A DNA stretch of 64,000 nucleotides from a virus, in IMG/VR virus record IMGVR_UViG_3300025168_000032, positions 32,001-96,000 of that record, one strand, 5' to 3'. The translations under genes and the position numbers were made by a program. The notes under the pieces are model-generated. The model was not told the origin of the DNA, did not search any database, and worked only from the letters and a program-made list of their open reading frames with translations. Shown here in pieces: positions 20,734 through 30,391 of the stretch. Within the stretch, counting starts at the first letter, position 1; each line of letters opens with the position of its first letter.

Positions 20734-23700
20734 TTTTTTAGTTGGTAACGAGTTATTGCCCAATGTTTATATAAAGGGCATAGAAATCCTCGAAGGACAC
20801 AATGACGACAATGCATCTCTTAGGGCCCATGTCTGCATTGTTGATACCTCTTCTTTAGGGGTTAAAAAACTGTGGTCTGATAACGACCGACTTACAACCG
20901 CAATGTCTATTCTATTTGTAGCAAGTAGTGAAGAAGAAATCGGAGATTTGATAACAGATGGAAATATAGATTTTTCTGAAAGAGCAATCCGCGAAAGGGC
21001 AAACAGTTTGCAAAGCAACATTATAGATTTTGTCTTCCCAACAATAATTAACAAAACATTTAATTCGAAGGTGGAGACATCTATCGATGATGGTTATAAG
21101 TATTTCAATTTCACTTTCGATTTCAAACACAATTTGTTAAAATCAGAATTGAAAATTTTCAGCGCTGTTTACCTAGATGAGGCAAAAGCATCCGCGACTG
21201 GTGGTTCTATAAAAATTATCCCGGAAATGTCGTATTACGGCCCCGTATCATCAGAGACCGTATTTCAGAAATCAAACATAAACAGAACGACAACGGTATT
21301 CTTAAACTCTAACGGTACCCAATATATAGGACCAGTTCATATGCACGAAGGGGGATATATGGCAGGATCTTACCACAAGAATGTGCCTCACTCTAAACTT
21401 ACAACATTAGAGGTTTTTAACTATAAAATAAAAGATTATAGAGAAATGAAACCCGACAGTTACAACAGAGAAAGCCAAATTAAAAAAGACAACAATTATA
21501 CTCCTTTTACTGAGTTATACGATACGGTCACATATTCCGGTAATATTTCTGCATTGTTTGGAATCAACGTCAGGGACATGTTGTTAAGGAAAACTAAATT
21601 TGGTAGAACACTAGAAGGACTAAACCCCGTTGTATTAAACTCTATTATGTCTAATTTTAAAATAAACAACCTTACGATAATAAGAGACAGGATTAAATTA
21701 GCCTATGGAACTAACAAGATCGGAAGTCCGATAGAGACTTATCGAGATTCAGTTAGCAAAGAATATATTATAACCTCTTATGACGAAAACAAACTTATAA
21801 AGCCATTAACTAGATTATCGAAAAACAAAGATTTTTATTATGATATGGTTATAGAAGAGTTGCCAATTTTAACTGCCGGAGAGGAGCCATTGTCAGGTCA
21901 ATTTTATAGAAACAATTTACAAGATTATAATATTGATGGAAGCATCAAGGAGATGTTTCTAGGCGAAAATAATATAAGATTTTTTGAATTTGAAGATTTT
22001 CTCATTAACGATAACAGGGTAGGCGAATATATGTATGAGGTAGAGTTATCGTTTAAAGACCCAACAATACCATTTGTACAAAGTCTTTTTGATAACATTT
22101 TAGAAACGTTCAAGAGGGTCACGGATTATTGTGATATGTTGTCTTCTAAGAAAAATTACAACTATGACATGGACCAAACAAGAGACAACTTTTTTGATAA
22201 TCAAGATTTCGAATATCAAGAAAATTACTCATCTGCCCCATGGGTTCAGGGACCCTTGGTGCTGGCTAAAATGTATTCTTACATGTACAACATGGGACAG
22301 GCTGACTTGTCGACTATTCTACAAAGCAATACTTCAAAATTAAACCCTAGGTTTGCAACAACTAAAAGTGCTAGCTCTTTTTTGGAAGAGATGGATAGAA
22401 TGATTCACAAAATGATAAATTATTTTTCTTTTTCACCAAGCCAAATAAAAGAAAACAGTCTTAAGGTTTTTCCTAAGAACACTCCAAGATCAACTTTGGT
22501 TAAAATCAGCCACAGATTCGAAAAAATATTCTTGCCTTTTGAAAATAGGAAGCGCTACAACTTTATAGAACCAAATTACACCTCGGGTGTGCCGAAGATA
22601 CAACCCGAGGAATTTTTAAATAGACTGTCCCAAGAAAGAAGCAAGCTGTTTACAGACGGCCCTGCAATCTATAGTTCCCAAGAGCCTGTTGATCCTGACA
22701 CATTATCTGGTCTTGTACAAACTACTGGTTTTTCTTACGGCTATATAAGCCCAATGTCCGTTCGGGATAAAGGAGTCCGGTTTGACCTAAAAGAACCAGA
22801 ATCTATTGATGTAAACAAATTTAATAAATTATTTGATAATGTTCAGAGGATTCCACCAGAGAGGCCGACAAGAAGAAAAAAAACAAGAAAGTCAAGGACA
22901 AGAAAAAGAAAATTTTCAAATTTAAATTTGTCTCCTAAGTTTTCTATACTTAGCCCTATCCCTATGAACTTCGAGGACACCGCAGAAGAAGAAATAACTA
23001 TTAATTCGGAAGAATATCTAGGTAATGATTCTTCTTTCGTCGTGTATGACAAGGACCTTGTTTTTAAATTGGAGCCTATTCCGGAGCAAAGTATGTCTGC
23101 GATAAGTAGCCAACTTTCGATAGCCCCACCAAGCAGGGTGGTGTCAAAAAATACTTTTGATATTGATAACAAACAAAATATTTTAAATAAGATTAAGAAC
23201 AATTCAACCCCTGAAGCATTTTCGTCAAGAGTTGCAAACTTGCCAAACCATATGAAGGCCCTGTTTTTATCAAAAGGTAAATCATCAAAAATTAACCTGT
23301 TCAAGCGGAAAGATAGATTAGTAGCTAAAGACACTGAATTGCTTAGCAAGGTTTCGTATTTTACTATCGTTAAGGTCGAGGTTCTGGTAGGTTATGAAGC
23401 TATAAAAGAAACGGGAGAAATGCTATTAAACAAGCCCATTTGGGATATGTTGGACCCAGATAGTTTACTCGATATGACAGGCTATTATTTCTGTAAGATG
23501 GTTTATCACGTAGACAAAGAACTCGGAATTGGAACAGACGACAGGACCAATCTAGCATTTACAAATAAATACTTTTTTATTTCCAGAGGTGATTTATACG
23601 ATCCCTCTTTGGCAGATGGCCAAAGTGATGATCTTGATTCTGACTTAGTTATCAGTGAATATTCTAACAGTATTGATTTCAACATGTCACAGGCGACTAG

Positions 23701-23854
23701 TAATATAGTAACCCAAATCAACAACTTTGTTTCAGGCCGGCCACAGGCTACAACAATTTCCACAGCTATACCCACTTCAACAACCACAACAACCACAGCA
23801 ACTCCCACTTTAACTAGTGGCACGACGACAGCTACAACAGGAGGTTCGTACTAA
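20726..23854 (+). CDS. large hypothetical protein, probably structural
   Basis: 1042-aa ORF coupled on both sides; Thr-rich C-terminal tail. Confidence 0.55.
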   Translation: MSDFLVGNELLPNVYIKGIEILEGHNDDNASLRAHVCIVDTSSLGVKKLWSDNDRLTTAMSILFVASSEEEIGDLITDGNIDFSERAIRERANSLQSNIIDFVFPTIINKTFNSKVETSIDDGYKYFNFTFDFKHNLLKSELKIFSAVYLDEAKASATGGSIKIIPEMSYYGPVSSETVFQKSNINRTTTVFLNSNGTQYIGPVHMHEGGYMAGSYHKNVPHSKLTTLEVFNYKIKDYREMKPDSYNRESQIKKDNNYTPFTELYDTVTYSGNISALFGINVRDMLLRKTKFGRTLEGLNPVVLNSIMSNFKINNLTIIRDRIKLAYGTNKIGSPIETYRDSVSKEYIITSYDENKLIKPLTRLSKNKDFYYDMVIEELPILTAGEEPLSGQFYRNNLQDYNIDGSIKEMFLGENNIRFFEFEDFLINDNRVGEYMYEVELSFKDPTIPFVQSLFDNILETFKRVTDYCDMLSSKKNYNYDMDQTRDNFFDNQDFEYQENYSSAPWVQGPLVLAKMYSYMYNMGQADLSTILQSNTSKLNPRFATTKSASSFLEEMDRMIHKMINYFSFSPSQIKENSLKVFPKNTPRSTLVKISHRFEKIFLPFENRKRYNFIEPNYTSGVPKIQPEEFLNRLSQERSKLFTDGPAIYSSQEPVDPDTLSGLVQTTGFSYGYISPMSVRDKGVRFDLKEPESIDVNKFNKLFDNVQRIPPERPTRRKKTRKSRTRKRKFSNLNLSPKFSILSPIPMNFEDTAEEEITINSEEYLGNDSSFVVYDKDLVFKLEPIPEQSMSAISSQLSIAPPSRVVSKNTFDIDNKQNILNKIKNNSTPEAFSSRVANLPNHMKALFLSKGKSSKINLFKRKDRLVAKDTELLSKVSYFTIVKVEVLVGYEAIKETGEMLLNKPIWDMLDPDSLLDMTGYYFCKMVYHVDKELGIGTDDRTNLAFTNKYFFISRGDLYDPSLADGQSDDLDSDLVISEYSNSIDFNMSQATSNIVTQINNFVSGRPQATTISTAIPTSTTTTTTATPTLTSGTTTATTGGSY

Positions 23855-25833
23855 TGTCTACCAAACTAAGAATAGCAGATATGGGAATAGATGAGTTGAT
23901 GTTAAATGGCGGAGGCGATGCAATTCGTGAACTTAGCTTTCAAGAAGAAAAATATGACTTTGAAGAAAACACAGTTGTACAAAGAATCGTAGCAACAACA
24001 GTAAAAGGTTTCGACATAACAAGTATTATGGCTTTCGGGCCTACATATTATAACCATAATGCTACGTTTGACATGCCTACTGATATTTCTTTCTTGAGTG
24101 GTATGGAGCTTCATAAGCAAACTAATTTTTTTAAAATTAATAATGACTACCTCTACAGTTCTATTGAATACGATACGTTCATTGCAGATAAAGACCACAG
24201 GATGATACCAACGGTTTATTTATCTACTGTTAGCTCGCAGAACATGAAAGAAGTTGATAATTTTACCCCATTCTCAACTAGCATCAATTCTAAAAAGATA
24301 AAGAACTTCAATACAGACCTTGAGTCTCACTACGTCGGCTCTGACGGGGCTATTGTGCAAAAGCGCTCTAGAGTCTTCTTCGGTTCGGAATATAGCTTTG
24401 GGATCGGTAACTCATCATTATCTGAGTTTCCTTACCACAACAAAATTATTTTTTCTGCTGTAAAAGAACAAACAATTTTGAGCATACTGAAGGACCCAAG
24501 AATCGACCTTTACGACAAAATAGTAAATGATTACATAGAATATCCCAAATCAGGAACTACATTTGAAATAGGAGGAGTTGAAAGAGAGGCCCACTCGGTC
24601 GACCTATTTAATCTTATAGGCCAAGGTAACTCCTCTTTCTCGAACGACCAAATGCTTGTTATGCCACCCTACGAAGAAAAATCTACAATGGAAGAAGAAT
24701 CAGCAAGATGGGCCGCAAACCTTAATATAAAATCAGCGGCGCTACTCGCTACCAGAAACCTTGGAGAAATATATGATGAAGAGCTAGCGGAATACGAGTG
24801 GTTATTTTTTAAAATTGAAAAATACGCAGGTGATAATACAAATGTATCTCCTGTTCAAACTTATATAGTGGCGGATACCACTGGTGATGTTATTTTAGCA
24901 GATACCCAAATCAAGCCTATGGAGCAATATACTTATATTGTTATGGGCTACGCCTTAGTAAAAGGCTCGGAATATTCTTATAGATTAGCGGATAAAAGAG
25001 AATCAGAGGAAGAAGTGAGATTTGAAATTGATGTTGTAATCAAGCCATCTATGAAAATTCTAGAGCTTCCACTTTTTCGAAAGTCAGTGTTTGTTACTAA
25101 GAAACCCCCAATACCTCCGTATGTAAAATTTATTAATAAATCAAATTCGAAAAGTAAAATAAAAATATTATTGGATCTACAAAGAGGTGAGCAAGCTTCT
25201 AAATTCGTATCAGTGCACGAGAAAGATAGTCAAATAATGAATTTCATTCCGGGTATTAACGAAGATGAAGACATAGAGTTTGAATATTCTGAACATCCCG
25301 GAAAATTTGAAATATTCAAATCATTTAGTAAAATTACAAATTATAATAGGCATGACACTTCTTTCATAGCTGAGAATGCGGTAGGCATGCCGTATGTTGT
25401 AATAGACGAAAAGATAAGAGCAAACAGAAAATATTATTATTTTTTTAGAACTATAAACGATTTTGGTTTACCCTCAAATCCGTCTCCTATATACGAAGTT
25501 GAGTTATTAAAGGATTCAGATGATTCTAAAATAATTGTTAATATAATTAAAGTTAATAACGAAATAGATTTACGGTTCCAGCCTGATGTAAAGTTCGGGC
25601 AATTTCTTCATGTCCTTCCCGCGTTCGCCCAGTCGCAAATAGTATACCCTCCCGAGTACAGCGGTGAAACATATAAAAAATTACTACCAAAATTTGGTTT
25701 AGGATATGCAGCGGAACCAGTTTGGGGTAGAAAATTTAAATTTAGGATTACTTCCACGAATACTGGTCGTAAAATAGATTTTAATATAATTTTTGACATT
25801 GTAAAAAGAGAATCAGAAGAAAATTTGAAATAG
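23854..25833 (+). CDS. hypothetical protein, probably structural
   Basis: 659-aa ORF, TAATG overlap with upstream gene. Confidence 0.55.
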   Translation: MSTKLRIADMGIDELMLNGGGDAIRELSFQEEKYDFEENTVVQRIVATTVKGFDITSIMAFGPTYYNHNATFDMPTDISFLSGMELHKQTNFFKINNDYLYSSIEYDTFIADKDHRMIPTVYLSTVSSQNMKEVDNFTPFSTSINSKKIKNFNTDLESHYVGSDGAIVQKRSRVFFGSEYSFGIGNSSLSEFPYHNKIIFSAVKEQTILSILKDPRIDLYDKIVNDYIEYPKSGTTFEIGGVEREAHSVDLFNLIGQGNSSFSNDQMLVMPPYEEKSTMEEESARWAANLNIKSAALLATRNLGEIYDEELAEYEWLFFKIEKYAGDNTNVSPVQTYIVADTTGDVILADTQIKPMEQYTYIVMGYALVKGSEYSYRLADKRESEEEVRFEIDVVIKPSMKILELPLFRKSVFVTKKPPIPPYVKFINKSNSKSKIKILLDLQRGEQASKFVSVHEKDSQIMNFIPGINEDEDIEFEYSEHPGKFEIFKSFSKITNYNRHDTSFIAENAVGMPYVVIDEKIRANRKYYYFFRTINDFGLPSNPSPIYEVELLKDSDDSKIIVNIIKVNNEIDLRFQPDVKFGQFLHVLPAFAQSQIVYPPEYSGETYKKLLPKFGLGYAAEPVWGRKFKFRITSTNTGRKIDFNIIFDIVKRESEENLK

Positions 25834-25837
25834 TGTT

Positions 25838-25845
25838 CTAATTAT
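25838..25845 (+). promoter_or_regulatory. candidate late-promoter motif variant CTAATTAT
   Basis: In the 39-nt gap before ATG 25873, upstream of SD AGGAG. Confidence 0.45.
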
Positions 25846-25872
25846 AGAAGAAAACCTTTTTAGGAGAAAAAA

Positions 25873-26820
25873 ATGGCATTTTTAGACAATAGTGGGGATA
25901 TAATCCTCGATGCAGTATTAACAGACCACGGAAGGATGGTTTTGGCAAAGGGAGATGGGTCTTTCCAAATAACCAAGTTTGCTCTTGGGGATGAAGAAAT
26001 CGACTATTCTCTATATAATTCTTCCCACGCTAGCGGCTCGGCTTACTATGATTTGGAAATTTTACAAGTTCCGGTTCTTGAGGCATTCACAAATAATGCT
26101 TCATCAATGAAGTCAAAACTTGTTACGATGGGTAACAACAACCTGTTATACATGCCAGTTCTCAAGCTAAACACAAATTTAACAAACACGAAACAACACG
26201 GTTCAGGATCTCATATGGTTGCGGTTGATCGAGAAACAGAAGGAACAGATGCTGCCCAAACTGGTGCGGCTGTTGGCTATATCGGGACTGACGCAGTCCA
26301 AGGGATAATGTTTGGCCAAAGTCTAGAAGGCACAAATTATATAAGGATAGATCAAGGCCTTGATACTACTGAGGTCTCTCCTAAACAAAGAAGTTCGATT
26401 CGGGACATGATTGAGGCATCGTATATTATGCAAATTGATAATCGTCTTGGACGAATCGTAACGTCTGGCGGCGACAGGGTTTCTGAAGATTATATTGATG
26501 ATGACAATATCGCTTATTATACGGTAGACGCATCAGACGGGATTGTATTAGATAACACCGATGACTCTAATTCTACAACCCAAACTATTTCTGGTCCTCG
26601 TGGATCGATGCTTGAATTTAAAATTGAAGCATCACTTCAATTGCAAACGAGTACCTATTTATTTAACCAGCTTGGTGGAACAACCACCATGGTTCGAAAA
26701 GACGGCACAGCGGGAACTCAAAGTGTAAGATACATTGATTCCACTGTCAGAGTTACGGGCATGTCAACAGGTTATTCAATTGATGTACCTATCAGGTTTA
26801 TTAAAACAGTTACTAGCTAA
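25873..26820 (+). CDS. conserved virion structural protein (tail-collar-like N-terminus)
   Basis: MAFLDNSGDIILDAVLTDHGRMVLAKGDGSFQITKFALGDEEIDY; SD AGGAG. Confidence 0.6.
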   Translation: MAFLDNSGDIILDAVLTDHGRMVLAKGDGSFQITKFALGDEEIDYSLYNSSHASGSAYYDLEILQVPVLEAFTNNASSMKSKLVTMGNNNLLYMPVLKLNTNLTNTKQHGSGSHMVAVDRETEGTDAAQTGAAVGYIGTDAVQGIMFGQSLEGTNYIRIDQGLDTTEVSPKQRSSIRDMIEASYIMQIDNRLGRIVTSGGDRVSEDYIDDDNIAYYTVDASDGIVLDNTDDSNSTTQTISGPRGSMLEFKIEASLQLQTSTYLFNQLGGTTTMVRKDGTAGTQSVRYIDSTVRVTGMSTGYSIDVPIRFIKTVTS

Positions 26821-26837
26821 CAAAAGAGAGACAAAAT

Positions 26838-27947
26838 ATGGCTAATTTTTATAAAAATTTAAATTCTAGTGGAGATATCGTCAATACTAGAACATTGCTT
26901 CACGAAGCAATCCCTTTAACGGGTACAATCGTGAGTGGAACTTACAACGCAGGAACCACCGAACATAATATCAAAGACTATAGTCACGGTATGTTTCAGT
27001 CTGTATATGACTATCCATACTTAAGTTCTTCTGCTAATCACATATTCGATATAACGATTGGCGTCGGGGCGAACTCAGCGTTATATGGTTCAGTTACCAG
27101 TCAAAAATCAAAGAAGAAGAATATCTACAATCAAATGGCTCAAGTCCTTATGGGATACGATGCTACTGGCTCTATTCTTCGTTTTGACGCCGACGGTGAT
27201 CTTCTTGCCGGTGGCACAAAAATTGATGATGGGTTCTTCATGAACTTTTCTAGACTTTTGGTTAAAGACGAGATTAAGAAAGGTTCGTTTGAGATGGAAC
27301 TCGGAGTTATTTCAGCGTTTGCAGAAGCGGGAACACTCCATGCGGAGAGAGTAAAAATAACAGACTCTAGCGGGTCAGACGGCTATTTGGTAAATTCACC
27401 AGTTGGCGAGTACGGAATTCTCTATGCTACTGCCTCTGTTTTGAATACTGACACGCTAGCAGCAAATCAATCATATGCTGTTGGATTATTATTCTATCAA
27501 GCTGGTATAGCATTTATTTCTGGATCTGTTTTCACAGATGCTGCTGACGGTGGTATTCTCAACAATGCTACAGCCACCAGCGCCCTTGGCAAAACGTCAG
27601 GAGTAACTGGACTTAATTTTGTTACTGGTTCTGAAATTTCTGCTTCGGCAAATGCAATTAGAAGTAGAATTTATAATGTACAATTCAACAATACAGTAGA
27701 ATTAAATTCGACAGTTTATTTCTGTCGTGTAAATCACAATGAGTATAATTATTCTTCTAATCCGACTTATCTTTCTGGATCTAAGCTTCGAGTCAAAACC
27801 AAAACAACAGACTTGCCTGTTTCATATATTACAACTGTTGGTCTTTATAATGACAACAACGAATTGATGGCAGTTTCTAAGTTGAGTGAACCGCTCAAGA
27901 AGACCCCAGATAATGAATTTACGATTAGGGTTAGATTGGATTACTAA
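26838..27947 (+). CDS. conserved virion structural protein (tail-collar-like C-terminus)
   Basis: C-terminal NYSSNPTY...YITTVGLYNDNNELMAVSKLSEPLKK...RVRLDY, paralogous to 27950 ORF. Confidence 0.6.
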   Translation: MANFYKNLNSSGDIVNTRTLLHEAIPLTGTIVSGTYNAGTTEHNIKDYSHGMFQSVYDYPYLSSSANHIFDITIGVGANSALYGSVTSQKSKKKNIYNQMAQVLMGYDATGSILRFDADGDLLAGGTKIDDGFFMNFSRLLVKDEIKKGSFEMELGVISAFAEAGTLHAERVKITDSSGSDGYLVNSPVGEYGILYATASVLNTDTLAANQSYAVGLLFYQAGIAFISGSVFTDAADGGILNNATATSALGKTSGVTGLNFVTGSEISASANAIRSRIYNVQFNNTVELNSTVYFCRVNHNEYNYSSNPTYLSGSKLRVKTKTTDLPVSYITTVGLYNDNNELMAVSKLSEPLKKTPDNEFTIRVRLDY

Positions 27948-27949
27948 AA

Positions 27950-29110
27950 ATGTCTTTCTTCAAATTTCATGAAGACGATTTGTTTAACAATACGGTTGAA
28001 GCATATCCTGAGTATAAATTTTATATACAAAGTTCCTCAGTCTATATTGATGATACGCCAACACTTTCTGGTGCGTACTCTGATAATATAATTGGTGTAC
28101 CAAAGGGATTTGTGTCGCTGTATGAGTATAACATAGACAGGAGCACAACAGGTAAGATTTATCCGTTTGTTTTTAAAGACGGGGTCCGGAATACCTTCAA
28201 GAAAGAAACGAGAATAAATTATCAAGCTCGCAATTTACATGGCAACACGATAACTTCCTCATATAACATGTCAGCTAGTATAACAAGAATATATTATCCA
28301 ACAACTGTTGCGGAGGCAAGTAGGACATACTTAAAGCCCCTGAAAAACACGTTTAACCACTACGCTTATCTGAGCCCATTTTACCAATACTCTTCATCCT
28401 TTGGGGACAAGGCCACACAAGCAGCCAATTTAATTGCTATTCCATCTATTTTGTTTGGATCTTCAATAAAGAAAGGGTCGGTCAGATTAAGATATTATAT
28501 GACTGGTACTTTAATTGGCGAATTGCAAGATGAAAATCAAAATGGCGAGTTAATCCAGATAGGACCTGTAGGCTCAACAGGTTCCGGCTCTGTAGCAGGA
28601 GTGGTTTTATATAACGAAGGGTTTGTGGCACTGACCGGGTCATGGTCACTAAATACTGAAACACTGGTTTATGACGCATCTGACACTTCTAAGTGGATTT
28701 ATTTTGGTTACGGTGCAAATGATGGTAACACGACCCCAAGCCTAACATCCCTATCATCAAGTTTTTTAATGGAATATTCTGGTACCACCCACATACAGAC
28801 AATGACGATGTTAGCCCATGCGAAATACGGTGAATTAAATTACTCCAATAATCCGACTTATATAACCTCGTCTGACGCCTTCCAAATAGCGACTGGGTCT
28901 TTCTTATATATGGAGACTCCTCCGAAGATTAAAAATATTGTAAACACACAGTTTGCTGATGAAGTCCCGAAGTTTAAAAAGACAGTGTATATCAGTAAAA
29001 TTGGAATTTATGATAAAGACAAGAATTTGATTGGGATCGCCAAGATGGCAACCCCAGTAAGAAAACAAGAAGATCATGATTATACTTTTAAAATAAAACT
29101 TGACATTTAA
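27950..29110 (+). CDS. conserved virion structural protein, paralog of 26838 ORF
   Basis: C-terminal NYSNNPTY...YISKIGIYDKDKNLIGIAKMATPVRK...KIKLDI. Confidence 0.6.
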   Translation: MSFFKFHEDDLFNNTVEAYPEYKFYIQSSSVYIDDTPTLSGAYSDNIIGVPKGFVSLYEYNIDRSTTGKIYPFVFKDGVRNTFKKETRINYQARNLHGNTITSSYNMSASITRIYYPTTVAEASRTYLKPLKNTFNHYAYLSPFYQYSSSFGDKATQAANLIAIPSILFGSSIKKGSVRLRYYMTGTLIGELQDENQNGELIQIGPVGSTGSGSVAGVVLYNEGFVALTGSWSLNTETLVYDASDTSKWIYFGYGANDGNTTPSLTSLSSSFLMEYSGTTHIQTMTMLAHAKYGELNYSNNPTYITSSDAFQIATGSFLYMETPPKIKNIVNTQFADEVPKFKKTVYISKIGIYDKDKNLIGIAKMATPVRKQEDHDYTFKIKLDI

Positions 29111-29128
29111 TATATTATATGTTATAAT
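29100..29128 (+). promoter_or_regulatory. consensus sigma70 promoter
   Basis: TTGACA (29100-29105), 17-nt spacer, TATAAT (29123-29128), with TGn extended -10. Confidence 0.85.
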
Positions 29129-29136
29129 ATTATATT

Positions 29137-29661
29137 ATGAAACAAGTTATTTTAGGTTTAGATGTTAGCACAAGTAGGGTTGGTATAACTATTTTAGATT
29201 CTAACACAAGTTTGATTGATTGTCAAGTAATTAAGCTAAACTCTAAAGATAAATTAGAAGATAGATGTTATCAGATAGAAAGATACTTGCAAGTTAATTA
29301 TAATAAATATCATATAGAAGAAATATTTATTGAGGCCCCATTTATTATGTTCTCTGGTGGAAAGACAACTGCTATGACAATGGCGAAATTGCAGAGATTC
29401 AATGGTATGGTATGTTGGATGGTTCGCAACTTGTATGGCATTTGTGCTGTTTCAATCGCTGCGAATAAAGCTAGAGGCCTTGTAGGCCTCAAGATAAAAC
29501 GTGGAGAAAAAACAAAACTTAAGGCTATTGAGTGGGTTCAAAAAGAGTATCCAAAAGATTTTATTGTTGAGTACACAAGATATGGAAACCCCAAGCCGGG
29601 AACTGATGATAAAGCAGATTCAATCATAATTGCAAGAGCGGGACTACTTATTGAAAAATAG
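29137..29661 (+). CDS. RuvC-like Holliday junction resolvase
   Basis: ILGLDVSTSRVG, IFIEAPF and DDKADSIIIA acidic motifs of the RNase H/RuvC fold. Confidence 0.8.
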   Translation: MKQVILGLDVSTSRVGITILDSNTSLIDCQVIKLNSKDKLEDRCYQIERYLQVNYNKYHIEEIFIEAPFIMFSGGKTTAMTMAKLQRFNGMVCWMVRNLYGICAVSIAANKARGLVGLKIKRGEKTKLKAIEWVQKEYPKDFIVEYTRYGNPKPGTDDKADSIIIARAGLLIEK

Positions 29662-29669
29662 GAGTTGTT

Positions 29670-29810
29670 TTGAAAGCGATTTATTTTTTATGTTTTTGCT
29701 TGAACATATTGTTGTTTATGGTAGGTGTATCAATTGAATTGGGGTATGGTGCATTAGCGTTATCTTCGATTTCAGCAGGTCTTTGCTTGGCAGCTTATTT
29801 ACAAAAATAA
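29670..29810 (+). CDS. small two-helix membrane protein (46 aa), not in ORF track
   Basis: TTG start after AGGAG; MKAIYFLCFCLNILLFMVGVSIELGYGALALSSISAGLCLAAYLQK; fills the gap. Confidence 0.6.
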   Translation: MKAIYFLCFCLNILLFMVGVSIELGYGALALSSISAGLCLAAYLQK

Positions 29811-29811
29811 T

Positions 29812-29840
29812 TTGACAAAGAAATTAGAATGTATTATATT
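29812..29840 (+). promoter_or_regulatory. sigma70-type promoter
   Basis: TTGACA (29812-29817), 17 nt, TATATT (29835-29840). Confidence 0.7.
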
Positions 29841-29852
29841 AAAGAATGTCCA

Positions 29853-30029
29853 TTGAAAATAGGTGATCTTGTGTTAGATGTTAACCCCCATAAGGCCCCT
29901 GAAGTATTATATGGACATGGGGTTGTTGTTATAACATTAAATGAAAATTATGTTATGGTACACTGGACTCGATATGATATAGTGGAAGCGGTTGATATAG
30001 GAAATCTGGAAGTGTTAAACAGTCAATAA
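29853..30029 (+). CDS. small SH3/KOW-like beta-barrel protein (MKIGDLV family)
   Basis: TTG start gives MKIGDLV...VMVHW...NLEVLN, same pattern as the 33753-34261 genes; the ORF-track start 29829 lies inside the promoter. Confidence 0.6.
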   Translation: MKIGDLVLDVNPHKAPEVLYGHGVVVITLNENYVMVHWTRYDIVEAVDIGNLEVLNSQ

Positions 30030-30043
30030 AACGGGAGGGCAGT

Positions 30044-30364
30044 ATGCCGAAAAAAGGATTAGATAAAAAAGGTGACGTTGGTCTCATGGACAAACAAAAA
30101 AGCAAAGTTGAGCCACCAAAAAAATATAAAGTTGTTCTTTATAATGATGATTACACCCCAATGGAGTTTGTAACAGCGCTATTAATTGAGATCTTTCATA
30201 AAGACGCTGCAACTGCGAAAGCAATAACTGCTCATGTTCACAACAAACAACGCGGAATAGCTGGAATATATTCTAGGGAAATAGCAGAGACCAAGACCCA
30301 CCAAGTTGTTTCTCTTGCTAAAGCACATGAACACCCCCTACTTGCTGCATTTGAGCCGGAGTGA
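30044..30364 (+). CDS. clpS: ATP-dependent Clp protease adaptor ClpS
   Basis: YKVVLYNDDYTPMEFV, HVH, GIAGIYSREIAETK, HPL...EPE; SD GGAGG. Confidence 0.93.
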   Translation: MPKKGLDKKGDVGLMDKQKSKVEPPKKYKVVLYNDDYTPMEFVTALLIEIFHKDAATAKAITAHVHNKQRGIAGIYSREIAETKTHQVVSLAKAHEHPLLAAFEPE

Positions 30365-30372
30365 CTATTTAG
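30365..30372 (+). promoter_or_regulatory. candidate late-promoter motif CTATTTAG
   Basis: Directly after the clpS stop, 19 nt before ATG 30392. Confidence 0.5.
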
Positions 30373-30391
30373 TATAGCTTGAGGACTATAC

